From positions 15,314,001 to 15,378,000 of the forward strand of contig NC_086373.1 of assembly GCF_036588685.1 (NCBI RefSeq): 64,000 nt of DNA, written 5' to 3'. Below, one piece after another: positions 28,120 to 42,030 of the stretch. The position numbers were made by a program, and so were the translations under genes. Each line of letters starts with the position of its first letter. The stretch's first letter is position 1. The notes under the pieces were generated by a model. That model was given only the letters and a program-made list of their open reading frames with translations. It ran no database searches and was not told the DNA's origin. Source of the stretch: Mytilus trossulus. Its lineage: Eukaryota.

Positions 28120-28570
28120 AGATATAGGAAGATGTAAAATGTGCAAACGAGACAACTCTCTATCCAAGTAACAATTTATAAAAGTAAACCATTATAGATC
28201 AGGGTACGGCCTTTAACACGAAGCATTGCCTCACACCGAACAACAAGCTATAAAGGACCCCAAAAATTACTTGTGTAAAACCATTCAAACGGGAAAACCA
28301 AAAGTTTAATCTATACAAAAAAATCGAGAAACGAGAAACACTTATAAACCAAACAAACAAACAAAATCATTGAACATCAGATTCCTGACTTAGGACAGGT
28401 GCAAACAATTGCAGTGGGTTTAAACGTTTTAATGGTACAAAACCTTCTCCCTTTTCTGAAACAATATTATAATATCACAGCATAGAAAGACACACTATAA
28501 ATATTAATTGGAAGGTTTTACTCAATCAAAGCGTTGTTACAAAAATTAACACACAATGAACAAATACATT
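28120..28570 (+). repeat. Interspersed repeat family A (starts aagatgtgg...gccaatgagacaactctcc). Other copies at about 462-760, 1560-1622(-), 1740-2040, 20880-21300, 22850-23250, 26850-26930(-), 27590-27890(-), 30640-31037(-), 60350-60460(-)
   Basis: Mutually alignable copies within the window. Confidence 0.8.
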
Positions 28571-30639
28571 TGAGCTGTGATACAATGCAATTACATCGTT
28601 AATAAAAATAAGGGATGCATAATTAGATAAATAGGTTTAAACTAAGGTAAAAACCCACCACTTTTTCTTAAAATGCCTGCACTAAGTCAGTTAAATGGCA
28701 ATTGTTATCTTGTAATTCGTTTCTATGTGTGTTGCAACGTCGTTTGGTTTTTTGTTGCACTTCAGTGTTTCTTTTATTTCGTTATTTTCCTTTTATATTT
28801 GATGTGTTGCCTTCAATTTTAGTTTGTAACCAGGATTTGTTTTTTCCCAATCGATTCATGACTTTTAAACAGAGGTATACTTTTGTTGCCTTTATTTGTA
28901 ATGAATGGTAAGTTTTTCCTTACTGCTAATAACTTCAATTTCACTATAATTTGTAATCATTTGTTTCTAGTTTGTTTGTAAGCAACACCTCTCATATTAA
29001 GAAAATCATAATAGGGATACACACTTCAAGTGAGTCAATTCAAGAAGCAGATCAAAATGTAACTGTGGTATTCTCCAATTCAAATTCAATTGAATAGATG
29101 CGACACACATATTTGTCAGTGATAAAACATAGTATGATATTACCACATTTCCGAAAATTATAAAAAAAATCGCAGACACCCTCTTCACCAATTTCAATAT
29201 TTGCATGGTATATTGCATTATGTATTAACAAGTGTCTGAACTATATCTTTTAACAATGAACATACATTTAAATTGTCAAATATGTATTCATAATTTTAAA
29301 ATATGTTTCAAACCATTATACAATATTTTGTTTTTTTAGGAAAATGTTCAGATTTTCAAATAGAAGAAACATTTTTATAAATAGTAGACAGTATATTAAA
29401 TGCACCACTTGCAATGAACTCTGGCTAAAATTTCCTACTATTACGACAAAGACTGAGCATGTCGAAAGCAAATTTATTGTAGAAATTTTCTTTGATGATC
29501 ACACTATGAGTCATTTACCAAGGACTCCGTTCAATGGTAGCGGACACAAAAGACATATTTTTGATGTCAACCTCAATTTGCAAGTGCCCAAAAAAGAAGA
29601 AAAGCGAGTGCTTCTTTTTCATGTCCAATATATATTTTATATATATATATATAAAACTTAGAAAGAAGACGTGAATCTTTGCTAGTTGGCCTTTTCTTTG
29701 AAAGTGATCGATACAGGTCCTTTTGTTCGAAATTCTCCACTTCATACACAAAATGCGAAGTTTTGGTCACATGGCGCATAATAATACTGCCTTCTAATGA
29801 ACTGAACCACTGGTTTCTTTTTAAAAGAGATATACATTTTTGGTGTTGACATTTGAGCTGTTGAAACCGACGAACTTCTTTTTTTTTACCCATGGTCGTC
29901 GTGATATGGAGAAACGTCTTTGAAATAAATATTGAATACGTAACTTGATGACGAATCTGCTGACTGAAATGTTCAACAGTAGAATTGCCCTTTTCCTGAG
30001 TATTGATGTCGGAGTATTACCTGAATAAAGTATTTGCACATCGCATCTAATTTCCCCCAAGATCTTAACTCAGATACAGCGCCTTACTTAAGAGATTACA
30101 ATAACACTTTAAAATGTCCTTTAATATGAATCGAGATCATATTCAGCGTAATACCATATGCATTTATATTGCCATTTCCTATAACATGTTATCAAACCAT
30201 CATCGAAACTAGACTAATTGCTTATAATATATATGTTTCTAATGTTTCTTAAAGTTCCTCATCTCGCATTCATTTAAGCCAATTTATATATAATTTACTT
30301 GCATTCTTTGATTCATATTTTGTTATATTTGGTTGGGATATTAAAATATATAGTTTTAACAAAGATGCATATTATAATACACAAATAAATCATGGAATAT
30401 TCTATCAAGAAATAATCGTTAATATTTTCATATTTAAGTGTACCATGAATGTACTATCAAAATAAAAAGATTAAAGCGTCAATAATTGTACCACGAATAC
30501 ACTACCAAAAAAAATAAATAATAAGTTTCAATAATCACTATCCATTTTTGAATGTCAATGCTTTTGCCAAGTCAGGAATAAGGCAATAGTTTTGTTCCAT
30601 TCGTTCCGTTGATTGGTAGTCTTCATTGTGTAATCATAC

Positions 30640-31037
30640 GTTTTTTGATTGAGTTCAGCCTGCCAATTGATATTTTATCGTATGTTTTTCTATGTTGTGA
30701 TGTTATGCTATTGTTTCAGAAAAAGAGAGAAGGTTTGGATCCATTAAAACGTTTAATCCCGCTGCAAATGTTTGCACCTGTCAGGAATCTGATGTACAGT
30801 AGTTGTCGTTTGCTTATGTAATATATACGTGTTTCTCGTTTCTCGTTTTGTTTATATAGATTAGACCGTTGGTTTTCCCGTTTGAATGGTTTTACACTAG
30901 TAATTTTGAGGCCCTTTATAGCTTGTTGTTCGGTGTGAGCCAAGGCTCCGTGTTGAAGGCCGTACTTTAACCTATAATGGTTTACTTTTTAAAATTAATT
31001 ATTATTTGGATGGAGAGTTGTCTCATTGGCACTCACA
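30640..31037 (-). repeat. Family A copy, well preserved
   Basis: Reverse complement of 28120-28520. Confidence 0.85.
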
Positions 31038-33196
31038 CCACATCTTCCTATATCTATTTTAATATGTGTTGAAGTTCAGTATTTTAGTCATTGTAATTAC
31101 TGTTGTTGCTTAAAAAGTTCTTTATCTTAAAAGATGGGCTCTTCAAACTTTTTGAAACATTATTTTTATAAGTTATGAAAATAGCAAAAAAAACACAAAA
31201 AAAACAACACCGTAGGAATATACCAGTACGCAAAAGAATAGTATAAAATATAATGAATTAATGTGACCTAACCCATTTAGTGAGTCGGTTCTTAGTGCTA
31301 AGCGGGATTAATAAAATTCACATCAACATATTGTATATTAAAAGATAATCATGAATCATAACAAATGTATATAAGCCAATACAAAAGTATAAAACCCGTC
31401 TCCACTGTAAACGTAGTCATACAAGTAAAGGCAGAAATTAACAAAATACTAAGTTATCTGCATCCCAAGCCTTTGTTCTAGTGCGGAAAGTTGTCTTTAG
31501 CTAAAATGTCTTGGGTTAACAACAATTTGTGGTGGGGTTGAATCTGTTTACAGCAACAACATCCTCATGTGACAAAAGAAATCATTTATCGTAAAGACAA
31601 AATACAAAATCAAAATTAAAAGTATATCAATTTTTTTTTGATCTGATGATAATTGTTACTTCTCTTTTAACAATATTCGATCTATCAAAATTAGTCATAT
31701 CTTTTTAATGTTTTTGGCTTATGTTTCATGTCTGATAAAGTACTGAAAACTTGGTCTAAATTATGGAGAAGCAGCTAGGCGAATTGTTTTTTTCTGATTT
31801 TGTGTTCCAATATATTATTTTACGAAACACGTTATTAGAATCTATTTAATTTGATTACAAGAGTACAGAGGGCGAAAAATCAATTGCTTTGATCGGAAAC
31901 TCTTAGAAGTTTGAATAAGTTAATTATGCGTAGTATGTCACCAAACGCAGGAAGGATACCAACCAATACTTTTAATTAGTTTAATCTCGGTCTCTATCAT
32001 TCAGTTTTAATGGATTGTATGATAACATCAAGCTACTCTCAGATAGTCTAGATTCATATGAAACTACATCATCTTATCACCATAACTTAATCTGTTTCAT
32101 ACTCTTAACATCAAGACAAACTTGTATGCAAAGGAGTGATCTCAGTAAAGTATTATTGATATCATTAATATAAATACTGATCAAGTTAAAGTGTTCCATC
32201 GATTTGAAATTGCAATAACACTTGACAGATTAGTCTCAAATATTTGACAGTGTTCATTTCATGGTAATTCACGCTATTGGAAAAATAGTTCATAATATTG
32301 ATAAGCTGTACCAACATATTGTATCCCTGCAAGGAAGTCGAAAATATTCTAAAGGATAATTAATGTTTTACTTAAGTTGTTTGTATAAAACACTTTACCG
32401 AAGAAAAAAGTCGTTAAATCCAATAGAAATGAAAAGTCTTAGACATTTGCTGTACATTTTTTCTATTTTTGTCAAAATATACTGAAATCACTCCATCCAA
32501 TGCATTGTCGTGTTTCGTCTGACCTGGACATCTTCACTATAACAATCTAATCCAAAACTTTGGAAATTGACACTATTTATCATGTTTGCAGACTGATTAT
32601 GAAAATATCAAAATATGCGACTATTAAAAGACGAATTTACTTAATTATGCTAGTAGGTTAATTAGATATGTTAAAATCATTATTAACTGTTTCATGTTTG
32701 TGTGTTTACCAGGATTTGTAACTTTTCTACAGGAAATTAAAACAATAACCAATTTATAGAAGATAAAAAAAAATGTTTTGATGAAGTGGGGTCCCTACTT
32801 TTTCTTCAATAGTATCACAGGAAGGATATTGCAACTATAATTCATGTAATATAATAAGTTTGCTAACTGTGTATTCTGTAACTTGTAATTGCAATTTAGA
32901 TAGTTATTATAAAATGATTGGGATCATCAGATATGGGTATTTAATACGAGTAGCAAGATCAATTCTTCATCATCAATTTACAATTGACAAAAATGCAGAT
33001 TATCGCCAGTTTTGACATTAACAAATTTCTGTTTATGTTTACTAATAATACGTATATTTTCCATTTATTATTTTAAGAATAAGAGAGTGAGGGAAATCAG
33101 CAAATGACATATAATTTGATTTCAAATTCTAAAATATTTTCAAGATAATAACAGAAAATATCAATTCAATGTCGCATATCTAGAAACAAATTAATT

Positions 33197-33405
33197 TACT
33201 GTAGATTCATTAATATTCGTTGGATACCAATTTTCGTGGATTTCGTGGGTACAGGAAAACCACGAATTCATATGTTCAACGAAATACACATTTTTTAAAG
33301 GAATAAGTGTAGACTTTGCCAAAACCACGAAATTATATATCCACGAATATGTAAGTTTTCTTCAAACCACGAAAATTGGTACCCACGAAAATAAATGAAT
33401 CCACA
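33197..33405. mobile_element. MITE (ctgtagattcatt...aatgaatccaca) with ccacgaa subrepeats; decayed relatives at about 11440-11680 and 16880-16965
   Basis: Terminal inverted repeats and internal inverted subrepeats. Confidence 0.7.
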
Positions 33406-34082
33406 TGACGGAATAGAAAAACTACTAAGAAAGGTAGGCATTGAAAAAGTCAAATTTGTTTTTTCAATTAGATTTTATATCCTGAACACATACTTCATAA
33501 GTGTATGTTGTGCAGCTTATGACCTCACATCTGATACGTTTATTCCGTTTATGCTATTACTACCACATCTGGTGGATTGTTTGTCCCAAATGGTATCACC
33601 AGCCCATTAACCATCACCTCAAAACTGTCATGATAATACGGATATTGTTAATTGAAAATTTCTGTAAAAAATATTGGAAATTATTTGAATTTAAGGAATA
33701 TGTCTCCCTCGAGCATACCTCAGATTTGGCTTTACGTAAGGTTCATTTTGATTTGGTTTTCAATGTTTGAGTTAGTGTTTTAGATTTCAAATATAGTGGC
33801 CTTGAGCATCAATGATAAAACATTAATTGTCGAAATTAGTAAATTAAAATTTGTACCTTTTTAAGTGATTGGTTAATTTACACTACATAAAAGAAAAAAC
33901 ACATCTTTTTATATTTTTCATTGTTTCATAAACTGAGGAATGATTCTTTAAGATAATGATCACATTAGTGTTGGCATTAGTTAGAAGGCTTAGAAACATA
34001 TTTATGCACTATGCGGTGCAGTATAAAAATATGAAGATACATGGAGTTGGCAATGGAACAAAAAGTGTGTTTACCACTTATT

Positions 34083-34227
34083 GGAATTTCAGGTCCTCAA
34101 TACTCTTCAACTTTGTACTTGTTTGGCTTTTATAACTATGTTGATATGAGCGTCACTGATTAGTCTCATGTAGACGAAACACGCGTCTGGCGTATAAATT
34201 ATAATACTGGTACTATTGATAATTATT
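34083..34227 (+). mobile_element. Retrozyme fragment, HHR core mutated (CTGATTA)
   Basis: gagcgtcactgattagtctcatgtagacgaaacacgcgtctggcgt. Confidence 0.8.
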
Positions 34228-35707
34228 GAATATCTAGGGAAAGTTAATAAGGATTATAATTACTTTTAAATTTTCATTGAACAGAACGTCCATTATCCAT
34301 ATCAAGTCTTAAATAAATTAGCAAGGTCATGGTCAAACTTGACTCCTAGTTATTAACAATATTAGATAAGCTTGGCAGAATGAAACACTTGCTGATCCCC
34401 AGAGAGTTTTATATATGATGAATATCGTATCAATTACTCAGATCTCCTGTGTATAGGCTTTCATAATTATTTTTGTAATAAGAAATTTGCAGATGAGAAT
34501 CTATCCCAAATGCTCTTTCTTATTAGGATAATTTCTTAGAGCATTTGTTAACGTAATAATTCAACATTAATATGACGAACCAATTTAGATTGCCGGACCA
34601 TAATCTTTTGTCAGCATTCTCTTATTACCAGATCTACAATGTTAAAATAGACAATTTTGTTAACATTTAATCAATGTCCATTGCAATAATATCACTTGAT
34701 CTATCAAATAACCAGCCTCTCCAAATGCACTCATTTCCCATCAAACAGATTTGTTCTTAAATTACCGTACAATCTAGCTCAGATTACAGAAAACACGGGA
34801 TACAACTGTCTTAAAACAAATAAGTCAAAGTAAAAGTCGTCTTTCCAGTGATCTGGCTATATTGAGATGTTAATGATTCTAAGTTTTGATAAACGTTGAC
34901 GAGCTTGGCTGTTTAATCTGATTGTTTATAGAATTTATTACGATAAGACGTTGAAAATGAGTTGAGAAGCTTAGGGACGGTCATTTTTATTCTTAACGTT
35001 TAAAAGGGGGTATGTTGCAGATACAATATTCCTGTTCATCCATTGCTAAGCATGCTTTTTGTGTCCACGGGTCACTACACAATAATTTTCTGCATTCTGA
35101 GAAAATATTAGTGGTTTGTGGTTCTCTCTCCGGGTTATTCAACTTCTTTCACTATTATAAACTGGGCAACATGATGTAGAGTGGATAGCTTAAAGGCGCG
35201 TTAAACGCCAATAACTAAAACATATAGCTTCCCTCTTAGTTGCTTTGGTTATTGATGGGTCTTGATGGTTGTTTTAGTTTGCTGTGATAGTATCCGTCTT
35301 AGAAATGCTTATTAAGAGTTTGTCAGAAAAAAAAATCAATTTTTTTTTGAAAAGTATGAACAGAAAATGCAAGATGCAAGATAAAGGAAATCATAAATAA
35401 AAACAAAATCAAGTATCGTATTAACTTGGGTTGATTATACACCTGTATATATATTAGGAGGCCTGCATATATTTTTTACCATTAGGACTCTATAGAAAAA
35501 TATCATTTCGCAGTTTTATCGTGAATTTGGTTTGAAAATCAAAAGTATTGTTTTTGTAGGTACATAAATAATATGAATAATCATGCAAGTGAATATTAAT
35601 ATTAAAGCACATGTACAGTGACTTTACAATCCTCTGATGATATGTTTGTCACATGTACTGTTAGAGATGTTGGCTCGGTTAAATCTATATACCAATCTTT
35701 TTATCGA

Positions 35708-35835
35708 TCAATGCTCTTCAATTTCGTTCTTTATATGGCCTTTTTTCCATTTTTTTTTATTGGAGAGTCACTGATGAGACTTTTGTAGACTAAACGCGCA
35801 TCTGGCGGAATTACATTATTACAATCATGGTATTT
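35708..35835 (+). mobile_element. Retrozyme fragment (subfamily 2), degenerate HHR
   Basis: caatgctcttcaa...gtcactgatgagacttttgtagactaaacgcgcatctggc. Confidence 0.75.
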
Positions 35836-36934
35836 AAAAGGCAAAAAGGAGAATAAAAATTTAAATAACTTTTGTATGTGAACATTTAAGAACGTGATTG
35901 TTTTTGTAAGTTTTTAAGTTCTGGGTATAGAAAGACGTTTACACATTTTATGAAGACGAAGCAAGTACATACCTATAACTTATAATAAATATTCCTGTTT
36001 ATTACATATTATCATACTGTAAATTTTTAGTGACATCATTGGATTGTTTTGCCAGATATTTTATGTCTCCTGATTAACATATCTGGATGAACGCTACATT
36101 ATTACCAGTGGCGGATTCTGGGATTCCTTTATTTGGAAAAGATGTAGTTTTAGTATTAACTAGTCGAAAAAATATTTTGCCTCTCTAATCTCTCTTCATG
36201 TCTCTCAGAAATCAATAAAGTATCGTAATTAACAGGACACTTTTCTTCAACATTATATAATCTTGGGTTTCATGAGCGTTCCTGGTGTAGGTAAACTCAG
36301 AAAAGAGGTTGGAACGTATGCAATATCCCATGCGTAATTATCTATAACTTTATAGGCTATTTGAATTTTGACTCTAGCTCTCTTTTATTACATATGAGAA
36401 CAACCACCAACAGACAATAACAAGCGACGTTACAATGTACCCTTACATTTCATTCCGTTTCTATACATTTTGATGACAAACTAATACATACGAATACTTT
36501 CTATTCCAATTTGATATATTTGTTTTTTATAATTTGCCTTTGCCATGATTGTGCATTAAACAAATACCACTATTCACTAAGCAAATAACATATTGAACCT
36601 TCTTGTATACAGTTAAACGTTAAAAAGTGCAAAGGGATAAACATCATGACCAAATGTTAATACATTGATTGTTTTAACAATATTGAGTTACATAAAGATG
36701 ATAAAACAAAAATCAATTTGTAAGTTTTGGATATCTTAGTACTTGCCAAAAAGAGTGCATATCACATATGTTTTATAAAAAAGGTACATTTGTATATTCT
36801 GTATATCAACAAACCTCTACAATTACATGAATTGTTGTTTATTTATATTTATCATATGTTTAGTAGTAAATACAGTAGTTTTGCATATGTGATAAATAGG
36901 CTGCTGTTTAATCCATATCGCGCAACTTTGATGC

Positions 36935-37045
36935 GCACCCTTTATCGCATACCCTTTATCACACCCCTACCCTTTATCGCATACCCTTTATCGCACCCCT
37001 ACCCTTTATCACACCCCTACTTTTTTTTTTTTTTTTTTTTTTTTA
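36935..37045. repeat. accctttatc(g/a)ca subrepeats followed by poly-T
   Basis: Five accctttatc motifs, then a long T run. Confidence 0.7.
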
Positions 37046-37392
37046 CATAAAGACAGTTTTAATTTGTTTTAGCTCAAGAAAAATTTTCCTCAAAATTTTA
37101 TTTAATGACGTCATAGTTTGGTATGTGACGTCACGAACGTTGTTTTCACATTGTACGTCAAGTTTTCATAGTTTTTGGCACACTAAATGCAACTTTAAAA
37201 AACTTACAAAAATAAACAAAATATTTTTAAAACAACAGCACGCAAATTGTAAGGTAACCAAGGTGCTTCGGATTAGTAAATGAGCAGTTCTTTTAAGGCC
37301 TTTGAAACAAGACAAAAGTAGAACTGAAGGTAACCCAGTGCTATGGATCAGAAAACAGTTCATATAATACTCTTCTGTTGAAACATATGATA

Positions 37393-37538
37393 AAGAGTAT
37401 AATACATGGCAAAATCCGTATCACATGCCGTATCACCCTCGACCAATATCATCCCTCGGGCCTACAGGCCCTTGGGCTGATATTGATGTCTCGGGATGAT
37501 ACGACATATGTTACGGATTTTGCCATGTATTATTCTCT
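37393..37538. mobile_element. Foldback/hairpin MITE (about 146 bp)
   Basis: ataatacatggcaaaatccgta ... tacggattttgccatgtattat; nearly the whole element is self-complementary. Confidence 0.75.
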
Positions 37539-37682
37539 ATGTATCAAATAAAAAAAACCAGTCACATACCTGATATTGAGAAAGCTTTTTTTGTCTATCC
37601 TACTAATATTTTGGAGAAAAAATGCTGAAAATATGAGAAATGAAAGGTATAACATGTTCGAAAATAATATTTTCGAGTGATT

Positions 37683-38030
37683 GTTTTTGTCGAGCCTGCA
37701 ACTTTTGTTGCAGAAAGCTCGACATAGGGATAGTGATCCGCCGGCGGCTAACTTCTTAAAAGCTTTATATTTTAGAAGGTGGAAGACCCGGATGCTTCAT
37801 ACTTTGTATATAGATGCCTCATGTTACGAAGTTTCCGTCAGTCATATGTCCAATGTCCTTGACCTCATTTTCATGGTTCAGGGACCACTTGAAAAACAAG
37901 TTCAGTTTTTTTGTAATGTTGAATTCTCTCTTATTATAAGTTATAGGATAATTATATTTGGTATGTGCGTCAGACAGTTTTCACTTGACCTCGACCTAAT
38001 TTCATGGATCAGTGAACAAGGTTAAGTTTA
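37683..38030. mobile_element. Partial HINE-like element
   Basis: T-run followed by gtcgagc-ctgcaac..gttgcag-..gctcgac inverted repeats, a ccggcggc microsatellite and gaccttgacc core motifs. Confidence 0.6.
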
Positions 38031-40854
38031 TTAATTGTTATTTATATGACATGTATTACCAAAATAAGACTTAGTTGTCATGATTTAGCTATAAAATGTG
38101 GTCGCTATTTTGCGGTTCCAAGAAGTAATAGACTATGAAGTTTTTGTAAAAATGACATTGAAGATGAGATGCATTCTATTTATAAAATGTCCTACTTATC
38201 AAGGTTTTAGATCTTATTTTATAAAACCATATTATTGGAGAAAACCTTCTATGTATAAATATATATAATTAATGAGTTCTAATAATCTTAGAGAATTATG
38301 TAATTTGGGTAAATTTATGTTTCGTGAACAAAAGTTAAGATCTTACATGATTTCACACATTACTTTCTGCTATCTATGTATACATTGTGTAGTTTATATG
38401 TTGTTAAGCCTATAGCTGTTATGACTTTGGTAAATAAAGATATGATGATAGCAACAGATAGATTTCGAATTTTCAGTAAAGAATTGTCGGCACTAGTTTC
38501 TGAAAGTATTCTAGCTACATGTTGATTTATATCAGTCGTCGGATTTAGAGAAGTAACGAACAAAGGTTTCACGGAGTTCTGTGCTATTAAGTGATCATCC
38601 TTACTCTGTTTGACTACTTCCATGATGAAGAGGTAATGGATTTTTAGAAAGTTAATCATTCATATTTCAAAAAAAATAATGAGTTTTTGCCTCTTTACAC
38701 GATATTACATGCTAATATTTTGATCTCAAAGTCATAACTTATTGATACAGTTATTCAGTATCATCCTGATTAATGGAAGTCGTTTTGATCATTCATAAGA
38801 TATACATCTAGTGAGTGTAAGTTATAATAAGTCTAATGAGTTTACATTCAGTATCCACGATTAGATTTGCTTTTCAGCTATAAAATAACCCGTCTTGATT
38901 ACATCCCAAAATAAGAAGCTTTAAAAACTACCAATGATTGTGATCACTTTTACTTTGTATATCAACAAATAATCATTATTTTGCATTCTTTGATTAGTAA
39001 TCATATGCAGCTTTTTTAAGTATTGTTTATCTTTTTTTTTTCTTTTTTTTAATACCAATACCATAATTATTGAAGAGTTACGATTTATTGTGTTAATTTT
39101 TACTGTTAAGAAATTTGTTTCGTCAATTATAAAGGTTAAAAGTTGAAGGTTTGAAATTTCAAAAATGATTAATAATCACTAGGCTATAACCGCTATACGT
39201 TCATGATGACAGTTCTATTATACTCTCTGTTAAATTCATGAAAATGGCTTATGTCCTTCGATTCATGTAAACTTAAATGATATATTTTTCAAATACTAAG
39301 TAATGAGACATAGCGCCAAAATGTTTCCTTTTGTTACAAAATTCTCATAAACAATTATGAAATGCATATATGTGTGAGGCCAGTTGGAATAATCAAATAC
39401 AATTTATAGTATTATAAAACGCCTGAATGGACTGAAAAAAACGAGAAATATCGACTTAACCTACAGAATATAGCAAAAATTGTATTGAAAATCTGAAAGC
39501 CCTGTTTTTGAAAAATTAACTGAAATATTAACAAATTGTGCAAAAGGGTATTCAAGCAAACTAGAACAGTTAATTACAACTTACAACTGAAAGAAAATTG
39601 ATCGGCTCACCTATTTTCATTTAGTTTTAAATTATTCTACACGAAATTTGTTGGGAAACTCTAAGACTTAAGGAACAAAGAGATGGAAGGAAAATATTAA
39701 CGTTTTCATACCCAGAACAACAATACTCCTGAATCCAAATGTAGAAGTGTCCCTCTTAACATTCGCAATATCCAGTGTCAACTAAAAAACATTTGGTTTG
39801 GAAAAATAACACTCAAATAAATTAATCAAAAATAATATAAAGATTCAAATCAAAATTGAAAAATAAACGGGAATCGAAATCGTGACCCACTTGACATTAT
39901 TTGTTTAGTCAAGGAAACGGAAAATTTTAAAACGAGTAAAATACACATTTTGATCATAATCTGTCAGGTATTTTAGTTCAGATTTTTAATAATAATGTTA
40001 GACAAAAGAATGGAATATTAACTAGAAATGCATGTGACCAACTTTATTGTTGTATCAATATATATTTTGTCTTACAGTAAAAATTACTAATAAGTTTATC
40101 TTACTAGAACTTTTGAAATATTTTTGACGACAGAGATTGTGACGTTAAGTTCCTGATTGCAGAAACTGTGTATTATCCATCGCTTTGCTTTGAAGTTAGA
40201 AGATCTTATTAGTTAATAAAGAAATCAGAGTAACCAAATTTCACTCCGAAATTTACAGGTAACCTGTAGCTGCATGTTCACTTTAAGTTGTGGTTGTATT
40301 GTAAAACATCTTTCACCTTTGACTATAACTAGTGTGCTGTTTGTGTGCTGTCACCTCTACATCGTTTGTGACAACATGTTAGTGTATTCATGATGTTTTG
40401 TTAACTCTAAACCATTGTTTCAACGATAAAATCAATATAAAGCATACGTAAGGACAAAGAATCAATTCCATGTACATGACAGTGTACCAAGTATCTCGTT
40501 TTTGTTTTTGTTTCATTTCTTGTTTTATGAATGGAAATGCAGCGTTTTTAATTTAAAATTATACCTGATTTTTAGAGATAAAACTATGATGTTATTTAAC
40601 GAAAACGTAATCGGGGGTATTTTCTTTTCCTAGCAGCATATTTTTTGCAACAGATGGTACCCTATTGTTTTAGACAGACGCTTTCGGGCTGTTTTAGACG
40701 TATTGTTTGTATGTATAGGTTATTTCTGATAAAGTCCTTGTTTTCTCTCTCCCATTTATAATCAAACACCTACAAATATTTGTTTATTGTAAGTAGAGAA
40801 ATTTGTAAAGTGCCAAAATAAAAAGTGAAACCATGTATTCCATTATATTTTAGT

Positions 40855-41605
40855 TTTATCAAATACACCAGGCTTATAATTTTGTACGCCAGACGTGCGT
40901 TCCGTTTCAAAAGACCCATAGGTAATAGAAGTTTCAGGGCAAAATAAAATATGACGGTTGTTTTTTGTGTGTGTTTTTTTAAATATTATGTATGGCCAAC
41001 AATGCCAAAAGTTTTACAAAAAAGCTGAGGTTATCTATTCCAGGGAATGAAAATAAAATAGTATTTAAGATAAACTAAAGTTTTGTAAACAGTTTTTTAA
41101 ATTACAGTATTGATGTTTATTCATATCAGCACATAAGTGAATACTACTTGGCTGGTGATACTCTAAGTGAGGAAACATCCACCGGCAGTTGCTTCGACCT
41201 AGCGGTGGTAAAACCAATTCAAAGATACCAGACTTATATTATTGTACGCCAGTTGCGCGTTTCGACTACAAAAGACTCATTAGTGACACTCAAATATATT
41301 CGTTATAAGGCCAAATGAAGTACGAAATTGACGAACATTGAGGGCCAACAATTTCTCAAGGTCTTGTCTAGTATTTCAACCATACAAAGTTTTGTAAACT
41401 GTTAATTTCTAAATTACAATATGTAAATATTTCAAGTCAACAAAGAAGTAATACTACTAGACTGGTTAAACTCTTAGGGATAAAACATGCACCAGCAGTG
41501 GCATAGACCAAGTGGTTGTTAAAGCCATAATACAAGATACTAGATATATACATTTGTACGCAAGACACACTTATTGTCAACAAAAGACTCATCAGTGACG
41601 CTCGA
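40855..41605 (-). mobile_element. Old degenerate retrozyme tandem (about 2.2 units)
   Basis: Three HHR-derived motifs in reverse orientation at about 40890, 41250 and 41560-41600. Confidence 0.75.
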
Positions 41606-41739
41606 AACAAAATATTAAAGATTGAACATTAACAGAGTTATAGGTCAAGCTTTGGTTAGTGGTATATCAATTCTAATTTTTACCCACACATACTTTGTGA
41701 GACGATTTTCGATATGAAATCTTTTATTTCTCTTTATTT

Positions 41740-42030
41740 AAGGAATGACTTTCTGTCTATGAAGAAATAACATAACAAATTTGGTGCACACTGAATAACG
41801 CGCGTAGCGAGTTATTTAACAGTGTTCACCGCATTTTTAATGTTATTTCGAATAGACAGAAAAAAATATCACAGTCACTTCTTATAATTTGATTCTAAGC
41901 TCCATTTTCAACTGTAGAAAACCATAAAAAAACGTCCGTCACGGTCACATGACTAAATTATATGTATGGACAGATAACAAAATAACGTCAGCCAATCAAA
42001 AGATGCGTTACATCCAATATTAAATTATTT
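41740..42030. mobile_element. Hairpin-containing repeat (foldback 41741-41883)
   Basis: ttctgtctat..gaaataacat..gtgcacactg..aataac / gttatt..cagtgttcac..atgttatttc..atagacagaa. Confidence 0.65.

Noticed and set aside
29344-30060. ORFs on both strands, including an EKEALA string suggestive of LTR RNase H
   Set aside because: The flanking RNase H motifs are absent and a TA microsatellite interrupts the region; no confident assignment.
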